Positions 12,502-24,692 of a stretch of DNA of 64,000 nt are shown here, one piece after another (the first letter of the stretch is position 1; each line of letters begins with the position of its first letter). The notes beneath the pieces are model-generated. The model saw nothing but the letters and a program-made list of their open reading frames with translations. It did no database searches and was not told where the DNA came from. The position numbers and the translations under genes were made by a program. The stretch is from positions 1,178,001 through 1,242,000 of the forward strand of contig JAKIMF020000004.1 in the NCBI GenBank assembly GCA_022605425.2, written 5' to 3'. The DNA comes from Hamiltosporidium tvaerminnensis FI-OER-3-3. Lineage: Eukaryota > Fungi > Microsporidia.

Positions 12502-12653
12502 TTAAGAATGATCTAAGTTTTGTATTCTTTATGATGAATTCTAGAAAAATATTGAAAACTATTTTTCTGGTAATTAGTAAAATAAAGATAAACTAAAATC
12601 TTAAGAACAGTCAATGATTCGTTCTATAAATATCAAAGAACAATCGAACATTA
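12502..12653 (+). promoter_or_regulatory. Conserved non-coding block upstream of LRR-like paralogue 1 (homologue at 19895-20048)
   Basis: Its two ends are near-identical between the paralogues while the flanks diverge. Contains TATAAAT within the GTTCT...AGAAC inverted repeat. Regulatory role is inferred. Confidence 0.45.
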
Positions 12654-12900
12654 AAAAAAACTATTCAAAATTTATTTTAATTTTCAGAAAAACATTTCAA
12701 GTTAAACAATTTTTTTATTTTAAATAAATTCCTACAATAAATTTAGGACAATTAATAGTTAAATTAGATGGTCCTATAAAAAAATTCGATTTTATATACA
12801 AATTTATAATTCTTATTAAAATAAATTGAAAGATATTGCTAATTTAACCCAAAATAGTAATTTTTTTAAAAATTATAAATACGATCTTTTTCTAAATTTT

Positions 12901-15262
12901 ATGAAATTGAATTTACGCTTTCTTTATATGCATTTATTCTATGAATCATTGTGGTTTTCTATTTTTATGTTTATAAACCATTCGAGTGAAAGAGATGTAA
13001 TATTTAATCTCGTAAGTAGCTATCAAGAATTATGTTCTCCTCATGTTTCAAAAAAAATCAAAACCGAATGCCTGTGCCAAATTCAGAGAATTAGTGTATT
13101 GAAAACAAGAGAAATCGAATTTATCAAAAAAATGTTTAGGAAAGTAAAAATGTGCAATACGAGGAGTATATTATTTATGATGTCGAAGAAAATAATATAA
13201 TTTTTGATAAATTTTATAAATTTAATAATATAAATTCAAATCTAGAAATATTTCTTTGTGATCATATAAAGAAATCCGAATTTTTAATCTTCTATAAATT
13301 TTTAATTTCATATTATTTATTGAATGATAAAATGACAATTGACAAATTTTACACTATATTATATTTTTTAGAATACTTTCGAACAAAGCATGATGATGAA
13401 TCGGAAGTCTTATAAAAATGATATTGTATTCTTTAACTATATCCGATGATATAAAACATTTTGATCTTGACAAAGTTTCGTTTCATTTCTCCAAGCAGGT
13501 GTATTTCTCTCATGAAATGTTCAAAAAGATATCTCAAGAATATTTTAAAATTGTAAACCCAGAAATAGATTCATATACTTCCTTTTTTATAAAAGAAAAA
13601 GAAAATTATGTTTCTAAACCATATAAAGGTTTATATAGCGAAGATAAAATTCATATTTTAGTGATAACTAATGTATTTGACTTATTTTTTTCTAAAAATA
13701 TAGCCAAAAATCAAAAAAGCAAAAATTTATTGATTCTGTTTCTTAATACATTGGATATAAAGTATTTGAATATATTTCATATGAGGGAAATACATTTTAA
13801 AACTTTTGTTTTATTTTACAGAATCTAAAAAAAAGATTGTATGAGATTGTATTCTATTATAGTTTAATACGTGACGAGACCTTAAGATGTTTTAATACCA
13901 ACTTAATGTTTGCAAACCTAAAAAAAAATCATTTTTATTAATTCTTTTATCGAAACAAGTTTAACATTTTCGCATTCTTTGAGCAAAATAAATGAATTTA
14001 TATTTTATGAGAATAGTATTCCGAAACCAGAATATAAAGTTTCGGAAATACAGGATATAGAAAATCTTAACTTAATCGAGGAGATAATAAAAAACCTTCA
14101 ACATGTATACCAAAAATCTTCAATTCAAGATTTGATTTTCCGCAATAAAAATATAAGTGAAACAAAAAAAGATTTTTATATTAGATTATTCAAAGAAGAT
14201 ACATCGAATAATAAAGTCAAAATCTTAGAATGGTTAAATTTAGAAAGTAAACATTGGGAAATCGAAGGTTTTTATAATTATAATGGTAATTTTAATAATA
14301 TTGCACTGACTGTAAAAACATCAAATTTGACGCTGTTTACATACAAAGATACTGTATTAGATAAAAATATTAAAGAAATAGCAATTCATAATTCAAAAAT
14401 AAATTTCAGTTTTCTAGCAGATATTTTAAACATAAATGAGCTTGAAAGCCTTACAGTATCGTTTTCTGATATAATTATGAAAAAAGACACTCTTATTAGA
14501 AATCAATCTATAAAATATTTTTATTTTAACTGTCTAGACATTACTGATTTCCCGCTTTTTTATCGGGTAATATCAATGTTAACTGGTCTTAAAAAAATCT
14601 CATTCAGATTTATTGACAAAATCGAATTTGTCGCTTTTGAGATATCATATGTTTATATAAAAGAACTGATGATATATAGCAATAGCCATACAAAGTATTT
14701 TGTAAAACTTTTAGAAAACCAATCGGAGTATACATTACTAAGAGTAAACAGTATTGTAAATGAAGAATTCCATTCAAATTCTTTAAAATTTTTATTTGAA
14801 AAATATGATCTATGCAGACTTAAGACACTATATCTTTCTGATATTTCTATTGGAAAAACAGATTCCGGTGCAATTGGTGGTTTATTATATCTTGAGAAAC
14901 TGAATATAGAAAGAATAATTTTGTGCGATATTTTTTTTTCCGAATTGTTTTGTACTTCTAAAGAGTGCAACATAAAGATATTGTGGGTACTGAAAGTAAA
15001 TATTAATATAGCAGATTTAAAATTTATTTCGAATTTGAATAAACTTAAGAATCTGATATTTGTAGGTTGTAATATCCAGCAAATAACTTCTATGTATATA
15101 AAAATGTCATTCATAAGAAAATTTCGAATTAAACTTTGGTAAGAAAATCAGAATTTATTTGAAGCAGTCATTCAATTTATAAAAGATGCTTTTGAACCAA
15201 AAAACGTAGAAATAGAGATTTCCAGGCTTCAATATACAACTAACGAAGATAATTTTTTTTAG
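12901..15262 (+). pseudogene. Disrupted secreted LRR-like family gene, paralogue 1
   Basis: ORFs 12826, 13152, 13418 and 13979 join by 1-nt indels (~13146, ~13403, ~13805, ~13925) when aligned to paralogue 2. In-frame TAA at 15140, after which the frame continues to TAG at 15260-15262. Hydrophobic N-terminus and LxxLxL repeats (LESLTVS, LKTLYLS, LEKLNI, LKNLIF). Confidence 0.8.
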
Positions 15263-18004
15263 TTAAAAATGTATTCAATTTTTTTGTGCTTTAATGTAAT
15301 TATGACTGTTTATATTTTTTGTTTTTTAACTTTTGAGTGATTCCTTTGATCTAATCATAGATATAATTATATATGTATCATAATAAATTCGATTAAAATC
15401 TATATTTTATTTTGTTAAAAATTAGAAATTACAAAAACGATCTAGAAATTGTTTTCATAATGATCAATATGAAAATTCGGTTCGGACCATATCTAAAAAC
15501 AAAAGTGAATGTCTTCAATAACGAATTAAAAGATACTTTTAAAAGAAGAGATAAAATAATTATATATTAAAACCTGGTTGAATTACATTTTTTTTATCAT
15601 ATTATTCATCACTAAAAAAATGAAGGTTTATAAATTGTACAGACATATACATAGTTAAGAAATAAATCATAATAGATTTTAAGAAAAAAATTGATATCAG
15701 ATATAACAGAGTTCCGCTTATTACTAAACCATACGTAAGTTAGAGATATTTTTGACGAAGATGTTTTAAAACACCCTTTGCATCTATTATATGTCTAGCT
15801 TTAATTTTTAAAACCTAATAATAAAACAATATGCCGAAATAATATAAGTTGAATTATGATAAGAGTAATATAAATTAGATTTATTATTTATTATTTAAAA
15901 AATTTTATATGTACAAAAACCGAGACCGAAATTTTAACCGTAAAAAATTACTTCTTTAAGAATGGTTAAATTATATTATAGACAAAAAATCATGCAAATT
16001 GAGAAATACAAAATTTTTATATTACCAATCATTTAATCTAGACAAACTTCATGTCTTATAGATTTTGATAAAAGATATGCATCAAATCTTATAAATTTCT
16101 AAAGATGATAAAAAAAAATATTACAATTGAGTTAAATTAAATTAGATTATCAATTACTAAATTCTCAACCAGCAAACAAATTCAAGTTAGGCAATATGAG
16201 AACATATGGCTTAATAAATGTTTAATAGATTTATTTGGTTTTTCTGCTATATTCTAATTGTGGAGTTTGGTTTTAATTGTTACAATATGTTATTTATAAA
16301 ACTTCTAAGTAACTTTGAGAAAATAATTAGACTATATCTTGAATTTAAATTTTTTATAAAAACTTAGTTTTTTTTATATTTTCGGTCCCTTTTATTATCT
16401 CTCTACTCTATGTAAATCAATAATTATTTGAAAACGTTTTCTTTATAATTTTAACAAAACCAACTTTATAGATTAAATATGAAAACAGTAAGTTAAAATG
16501 ATGCGTTTAGAAGAGTTTACCGATCTTTTTTACAGTACTTAAAGCCCATTGGGCTCCTACTATATTAGATTCTAACAACAAAGTTCTAATTTAATAAGTT
16601 CTTTTTATGGAAAAGATGAAACAAAAACACGAGCTACTTACTTTATGGAACCGGGAATTAGAATAGAAATATTGAATACTAAATATCTTAGTTTAAAATG
16701 ACTCTAGTGTTAAAATGATAGTATATTGTCTTATAAACGAAATTCTGTGTAGAAAATCGAGATAGACTAGTTTATCTATTATACTAAAAATCTATATATT
16801 CTAGCTCAATATTTATTGTTGCATTGAATTTCCGAAATTTCATCAATCATTTTGATCCAAAATAAAGTAGTTTTGGTTATGCTTATAATATAGTGCGGAA
16901 TTTTATATATCTAATTATTTTTTATTAGTCATAGTTTATTTCGTTGAATGTGATTTTTACTGTTTTGCAATATATTATTTGTTATGATTTACAATCTATT
17001 GTTGCTTTAAGCTAAGATTAGAAGTATATATTTTATAAAATATAAAAATTTATAGAAATCTTCCTAATTGCGCTTAATGATTTAAAATATTACTGTATTT
17101 TTTTTTAATTTTCAAGTATGCATTACCGGCTAGAAATTTTATGTTTTTTTTTAATTTTCGTTGAAGTCATTTCATATAAATTGTATAATGTGAAAGAAAA
17201 ACGGCAGTTACCAAACAAACTTTGAGATATTTTGAAAATATATGTCTGATAAAGTAAAACCTAAATACTATATAAAAGGTTTGTAATATTCTGATATAAT
17301 TTTTTTGCTTCATAAATACATAATTTGAAAGTTGTTTCAGGACAAATGAACAAGTATAATACAACATTTGCGAATAAAACCCCACATCCTAAATACATAA
17401 CTATTAGGTGTAAAGTTATTTTCTTCAGACTAAACAAACAAGACATGCAACTACATCTACTCTTATTCAAAAAGAAAATTGACTTAAAAGTTTAGGCTCA
17501 ATATTAAACACTGTAAAAATCATAAAGCGGGGATTAGAAGGATGTAATTATTGTCGTAATCGTAATCCGCTTTATCTATTACTTACTATAAAATAAAGGT
17601 AAAATGTGCTTTGCGATTCCTACGGTAATCAATAAAATGTAGGAGCTCAGAGTTTTGTTGTAAATTAAAGAATTGGCGGGAAGAATAATTAGCGGATATA
17701 AAAATAACTTAAACAAAATGCTGAAAAGCAACAATTCCGAATACTTGAAGTACTAGGATAGCCTAGAGGAAAGCGATAAATTTAATACGGTCATAGAGTC
17801 TGCTAGAACTTGGTATTTTTATAAAACGAAAAGAGCTGCTGATGTTCATTATAAAAAATCCAGTTTTTTTCGTTTAAAATTTTATTATTCTTGAAAGGAG
17901 CTTTAATACAAACAAAAATACCATGAATACGAAATTCAGAACTTTTTTCGAGAGATGTATTTTAAATATCGTTATAGGTGTGGGTAATCATTTTTTTGTG
18001 TTCA

Positions 18005-18232
18005 TTCATCATCCTCGGCATTACGGCCCTGCACAAGTTTTGGTCTCCCTCGGTAATGCTGTCGACCAGGCTTTTCCAGTAGGTTCGTATATTTTTTTGG
18101 GTTTCATAACAAGGGGGTTTCAAAGTGGGGATTGTTAGCCCAACGCCAACCTCAACCTGGAAGACTAGTCCTTTTTAGTCGCCTCTTACGAGAAGCAATG
18201 AAATCACCACGCCAATTCTGCTCCCGCAATGG
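18005..18232 (-). mobile_element. Family B SINE-like element (bipartite RTE-derived)
   Basis: Minus strand: GCAGAATTGGC...CGTAAGAGGCGACTAAAA...CCAGGTTGAGGTTGGCGTTGGGCTAACAATCCCC...AGGGCCGTAATGCCGAGGATGATG. Confidence 0.85.
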
Positions 18233-18387
18233 TGAATTTATTGTTCGATGATAAATCATATGAATTCTTTGTATGAATACTTATAAGTTTAACTTTTAAA
18301 TGCTGTAAATATAAAATATTTTTTTTTGTACGCAGTTCTCTTTACTGCTCATTTAGGAGATATTAGTATGTTTATTATTGTTTTATT

Positions 18388-18618
18388 TTCGTTGGCACTA
18401 CAGCTCTGAAAGAGCCTTGGCCGCTTTCGGTAATACCGCCACCCGGTATTTCTTCCGCGAGTTTGTTTACTTTTTTTCAGGTTCTGTAACAAAGTACTGT
18501 AAAAAGGCGGGCTATTGGGCTTAAACCAACTCCAAGATAGAGAACCAGTCTCTTTTAGTCGCCTCTTACGACAAGCAGATTAGATTCCGAACCAATTCTG
18601 CTCTCTGCTCTCGGCATG
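18388..18618 (-). mobile_element. Family B SINE-like element
   Basis: Collinear with 18005-18232; TTTTAGTCGCCTCTTACGACAAGCAG on the + strand. Confidence 0.85.
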
Positions 18619-19894
18619 TTCGGAAATAGTAGAAAGTTTTAAAGGTAAAAATTGTTTAATATTTTTCTCAAACAAATCTAGGTTTATGGCATGTTTAACT
18701 TCTTCATATCATACATAAAAAGTTTCTATTATAGTTCGCCTATTTGAATTTTCTATGTTATTCGTGACAATGCCTGGACCTCAACTCTGCAAATTTGATC
18801 TAATTTTTATATCACTAAAATTTTGATGGTAGTTTTATAGATAAAAACACCGGGTAACAAACCATTTATACAAAATCATTTTTTTTACTACAATACTTGT
18901 TACAAATATCATTTTAATCTGTAATACAAGAGAAAAAAAAGACTTTAGTAAAATATTGCATTTACTGTTGTTGTTCCCTATTTTCTGATTCAATTTTTTT
19001 TATTTTTTCGATTAGTTCTGAATTTTTAGGAAATATAAAATAACGATACTTTGAAGTTTTTTGGATTTCGGAGAACATTTAAAGCCATTTTAAGTATTCT
19101 TGAAAGATTTGTACTACTGCATATAGAAAAATACACAGATGCTCTTTATTTCAAACTTTTATTTATGATATGGTTGGTGCGCAATTAACAATAATTTTTC
19201 ATAATGGAAGCTTAGGTACATATCTTGGATTTCGCTATGGGCTTTGCAACCGAGACATATACTAACCAAAGAAAATTAAGTTTTGGAAGATGGATCTTAA
19301 GTATATAAAAATTTTAATTATGTAAGTTTGCTGTTAGAGGTGAATTTTGAGCACAGTTAATTTACATGGGAATCTCTTTTTACTTGCACTTCATCGCCAC
19401 TAAAATCGGGTTTTAAATTAAATTTTTAGCCTCATTTAGAAATGTTCATTTTTTTACTTTGAGGCTTCATCTCATAATCTTTAAAATGTATATTAAATCA
19501 ATTGAAAACTTGAACTATATTTCAAAGAACTTTTATCTAAAAAAATACAGGCATCGAAAAGTATATTATTTTGTTGATCTAGATTTGTTTAAATGAGCAA
19601 TTTATTGATTTTAAAGAAGAAATAAAGCTTTGAGAAACTTTAAAACGAAAAAAATTTCTAATTTATAACAAAAAATAACTAAATAGTTGAATTAAAACTA
19701 AGTACACAATAAATAAGACGATATTTGCTGGACAGTAATTTAATTTGTATATTCACGATAATTAAACGTATGGAATTTACAAAACATATTGTTACAATCA
19801 ATTAACACCTTCTTGCTTTTTTTCTAACGATTGTTTTAAAAAACTAAAAAAAAATCAAAAAAATACCATTCAACTGTGGAAATATCAATTTTTA

Positions 19895-20048
19895 TTAAGA
19901 ATGATCTAAGTTTTGTATTTTTTTATGATGAATTCTAGAAAAACAAAAAAATCTAATACTTTTAGAAATTAGTAATATAAGGATATACTAAGATCTTTGG
20001 AACACCCAATGATTTGTTCTATAAATATCAAAGAACAATCGAACATTA
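19895..20048 (+). promoter_or_regulatory. Conserved non-coding block upstream of LRR-like paralogue 2
   Basis: Homologous to 12502-12653. Confidence 0.45.
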
Positions 20049-20298
20049 TAAAAAAAAGTCATCATAATTCATTTAAATTATCGCAGAAGAGAGTTGAGAA
20101 TTTGAGAATTTTTATATAAAAATTATCACATTTGTTCTAGTTTAAATTATAATATTTGGATTTGATGATCTTATATTAATCACGATTTAATGAACACATT
20201 TATGATTCTTTCAAAAAAGAAATTTTAAAATTATGGCTAATTTAACCCAAAATAGTAATTTTTTTTAAAATTATAAATACGATATTTTTCTAAAATTT

Positions 20299-22663
20299 AT
20301 GAAATTTGATTTTTGCTCTTTTTATATGAATTTATTCCATAAATCATTATTTCTTTCAATTTTAATTTTTATTAAGCATTCGAGTGAAAGAAATGTTAGA
20401 TTTAATATTCCATATCATTACGAAGAATCGTGTTCTAATATACTTTTAAAAGAAACCAAACCAAAATGCTGGTGTCAAATCCAAAGAAGCAGTATATTTG
20501 ATACAGATGAAGTAGAATATTGCAAAAATTTCTCCAGGAAAGATAAAAATGTGCAATATGATGAGTATGTTATTTCTGATGTCGAAAAACTTAATTTAAA
20601 GTTTGATACATTTTATAAATTTAATAATATAAATTCAAATCTAGAAATATTTCTTTGTGATCATATAAAGAAATCCGAATTTTTAATCTTCTATGAATTT
20701 TTAATTTCATATTATTTATTGAATTATAAAATGACAATTGACAAATTCTACACAATTTTGTATTTTTTAGAATATTTTAGAGTTAAACAAGATGATAAAT
20801 TGCGAAATCTTATGAAAATGATATTGTATTCTTTAAGTATATCCGATGATATAAAACATTTTGATCTTGACAAAGTTTCGTTTCATTTCTCTAAGCAGGT
20901 GTATTTTTCTCATGAATTATTCAAAAAGATATCTCAAGAATATTTTAAAATTATGAATTTTAAAATGTCTTCGTTTCTTCCGTTTTTTATTAAAGAAAAT
21001 GAATATGATATTTCTAATAGATATAAAGGTTTATATAGTAAAGATAAAAAGCATGTTTTAGAAATAAATTTCGAATTTACACTATTTTTTAATGAATACA
21101 AATCTAAGAATCGAAAAAGCAAAAAATTATTTATTCTGCTTCTGAATACATTGGATATAAAGTAAATACATGTACATTATATGAACGAATATAAATTTAG
21201 AATTTTGTGTTTCATTTTACAGAATCTAAAAAAAAAGATTTATGAGATTGTATTTTTTCATTGCTCAATATGTGATGAGATCATAAGGTATCTGAATGAT
21301 AACTTGATATATACGAATCAAACCAAAATTGTTTTTATAACTTCTAAATTTGTAACAAACATAATATTTAAAGATAATTTGAGCAAAATAAATGAAATTA
21401 TTTTTTATGAAGATAACATTTTGAATAAGAACTATAAAGTTATGAAAATACTAGATATAGAGAATCTCAATACAATCGATAGGATAATTAAAAATTTGCA
21501 GCATTCATACAGAAAATCTTTCAAACAAAATTCAATTTTTGATGATAAAAATATGGCTGAAATAAAAAGACAGTTTTATTTTAAAGTGTTTAAACAAGAT
21601 GAATTGAAGAATAAGGTTAAAATCATTGAATCTTTATATTTTAATTCTACTCATCGGGAAATCAAGGGGTCTTATGAAAACAATGATGTGTTTACCGATA
21701 TTTCAATTACTTTTAAAGAATCAAATTGGAAAAATTTTTACATTCTAAGATACTATATTAGAAAAAAATATTAATGAAATTAAAATTGTAAATTCGAAAA
21801 TAAATTGCAGTTTTTTGGTAGACATTTTAAGTCTTAAAGAGCTTGAGAGATTAACAATATCTAATTCTGAAATAGTTATTGAAAATAATGTTGTCTTTAG
21901 TAACAAATCTATAAAATATTATAGATTCCAGACTCATAACTGTGATAGTTTTTCTCTTTTTTACCAACTGATATCCACGATGACGTCTCTTAAAGAAATA
22001 TTCGTCGAATTTAGCAACAGATTCGAATTTAACTCTTTTATGAAGCCTAATATTGATTTTAGAGAATTAAATCTTATAAATAGAGACTATAGTAAGTATA
22101 TATTTGAAATTTTAGGAAGGCTGTTTGGTTATGTCGGAACAAGAAAAAATAATATTGCAAATGATGAATGCGATTCAGGTTCTTTGAAATGTTTGTTGAA
22201 AAATATGATCTAAGCAGGATAAAGAAAATATATCTTTGTAATATTTCTATTGATAAATTAGACTTTGAGGCCCTTGGTAATTTATTATATCTGGAAGAAC
22301 TTGAAATGTATAGAACAAAATTTAAAAACATTTATTTTTCAGAATTATTTTGTACTTCTAGAGAATATAAAATAAAGAGATTGAAATTTACAAAAATTAA
22401 TATAAAAGAATCAGATTTTAATTTTATTTCAAATTTAAAGATACTTAAGACTTTGCAATTTTATAAGTGTAAAATTCAAACACCGACACATTCAGGAACA
22501 AATATGAAATTAAAAAAAGAATTTGAACTATAAATTCGTTATAAAAAATATGATTTATCAGCTGAAATTATTCAATTAATAAGAAGTTTTTGGACCGAAA
22601 CATGTCAATATGGAAGTGATCGAAGAAGGATTCGAATATAAATCTGAGGAAAGTGTTTATTAA
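20299..22663 (+). pseudogene. Disrupted secreted LRR-like family gene, paralogue 2
   Basis: ORFs 20299, 21181, 21815 and 22168 are collinear with paralogue 1. In-frame TAA at 21163 and 22531, frameshifts at ~21733 and ~22196. Signal-peptide-like MNLFHKSLFLSILIFIKHSSE and LRR-like repeats. Confidence 0.8.
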
Positions 22664-24378
22664 ATCTGTTTTTGTATTTTAAATTCCATTTTTTTGCCTT
22701 TTATTTTAATACAATTATAAACGACAATATTTTGAAGTTTTTATTTATTAGACGTTCTTTAGAACTAATACTTCAATACAATTATACAATTCTCGACAGC
22801 ACCATGCAGAAATTCCACATTTATCAAAATACAAAACCATGTTCAAATGGTTCATTTAAACATTCAGTGTGCGTTCGCTGTTGAAAAAAATTAAAGATGA
22901 AGAAGATCTAAAGTAACAAATTGACTGATATTTTTTAAAGAGAATATTTAATCAGATTTTATGTTGACTGCTGCGATGCTCATCGCTATTTTCATCTAAT
23001 TATTCCAAACTAGAAAATATGAATACTTATAACATGTAAAATAAGAAATTCTTGTCTACATAGATATTACGTAATAAATTATAATACATTTAAGATGCAA
23101 CCTTATTCAGATATAGCTGTGTTTTGCTTAAACTTAAAACATACCTTTGTAAAAGATATTTTCAATCGAAACTTTTAAAAAGACATTTAAATCTTTTTCT
23201 ATGTCCAACTTTGATATTTAAAAATTCGAATAACAAAACAATCAGCCTTGAAATCTAAGTTAAATTATTTTAAAAAGTAGAAATAAATTTATTCTTTATT
23301 TTTGATTTAAAAACTGGTTTATGTATAAAAAATCAAACAAAAATGTTAGCTGTAACAAAATTGATTCTTTAAGAATAGTTAAATATATGTTATAAAACTC
23401 ATAAATCTTATTGTTTATAAAGTTTCAAATATTACAATTTCACTTCTTATCAAAACCCAAGAAAACTTATCATAGAGATTTCTTTTGAAATATTTGCTTC
23501 AGAATTATTAATTTTTAAAAATTATGTTGAAATACATGAAAATTTATTCAAATAAACTTTTCTTGTTCTTAATTTTATAACATTAAATCAAATTTAATAA
23601 ATCAAATATTTGAATAGATGTCCATAGATTTTAGAACAATTTATTTTTTTCATTAAGTATATTCTATCAAATGAAAGTTCATATTTATTATTTTAATATT
23701 CTATTCATTAAAACTTCGTAACCAAATTAGTGGATTATAAATAACATTTGTAACAGTAAATTATAAAAAAATAGAAATGTTTTTTACTTTGTTTCTCTCT
23801 TTAAATCATTTATTTTATCTCTCCATGCTTTATAAACCAATAACTATATAAACACTTTCACATCCCAAATTTAGTGGAAAAGCTTTTTAAATATGTTAGA
23901 AAAATGATTGGTTTTATTGGTGTCTCATAGGAGCTTGGAAACATTATACAGAATATATAAAGTATTGCTTTTTGAATTTGATTTAAAATAAGATTTTCTG
24001 AAATGTTTATTTTTTGATAAAAAAAAAATATGGGAGATTTCGAAGACCTGAAATTTTAAAATGAATTTTGAATATTAAGTCTTACAATTATCATAAAGAT
24101 TATATTAAAAATATAAAATAATTCGTTTAAATTTGAATTTATTTAGCCAGACGAGATAAACTAATGCATTTGTTGAATTACAAATCTAAATATATTTTTT
24201 CTTAATATTCGATATTGAATAGAATTTTCGATATTTATATATATTTTGATTCAGAATAAAGCATTTTTACTTATGAAATTATTCTTCTTGAATTTATAGG
24301 TTTTACTATTTTTTATAAAGCCATAGATTAATTTGAATCAAATTTTTCGTTTTTTACAATATATTTATACGCTATGAT

Positions 24379-24650
24379 CGAGCGTCAATGGGTGTTATTA
24401 TCAGTGCAGAGATGCATGAGGAACCAATACCCCCTTTAAATGAAGCGAAAAAAGAGGAAGATGGTGTTAAAATTTTAAAACTAAAAAATAATACACCCCT
24501 TATTTCACAAAGAGGAACCACTTTAGAGGAACCGACCAATAACATAAATGAAGAGTCGGATTTGGAAGAAGAGACAATAGTGTTAAAGAGGTAGAAGAAA
24601 ACATATAAAAATGTTAAAATATTTTAACCCAGAATTTTATTAAATAAAAA
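24379..24650 (+). mobile_element. Severely 5'-truncated copy of the R4/Dong-like LINE (3' end only)
   Basis: RASMGVII..EMHEEP.PPL...EETIV plus the 3' UTR AAAATGTTAAAATATTTTAACCC..ATTTTATTAAATAAA, matching the reverse complement of 44477-44750. Confidence 0.9.
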
Positions 24651-24692
24651 ATTTGCTATCATAAAAAAATTTATTCTTGTTTTAAAGTAAGA

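Noticed and set aside
13146-13166. Micro-introns or programmed frameshifts explaining the split LRR ORFs
   Set aside because: Paralogue alignment shows simple 1-nt indels at different sites in each copy and no GTAAG/branch-point consensus. Some indels in homopolymers may be sequencing errors.
14653-15114. Antisense and short ORFs from the track (e.g. 2146, 14653, 36184, 44522, 45569, 55572, 17923, 24739, 53863, 58671)
   Set aside because: They are shadows of real genes or chance frames within SINE-like repeats, and are not conserved between repeat copies.
17522-17600. Hairpin ATAAAGCGG/CCGCTTTAT followed by TCTATTACTTACTATAAAATAAAG as a Helitron end
   Set aside because: Single occurrence, with no matching CTRR terminus or second copy in the window.
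21163-21165. In-frame TAA opposite TAT in the paralogue (reciprocal case at 15140), suggesting stop-codon reassignment
   Set aside because: Other internal TAAs align with AAA, both genes also have frameshifts, and intact genes in the window end in TAA. Ordinary pseudogenisation explains it.
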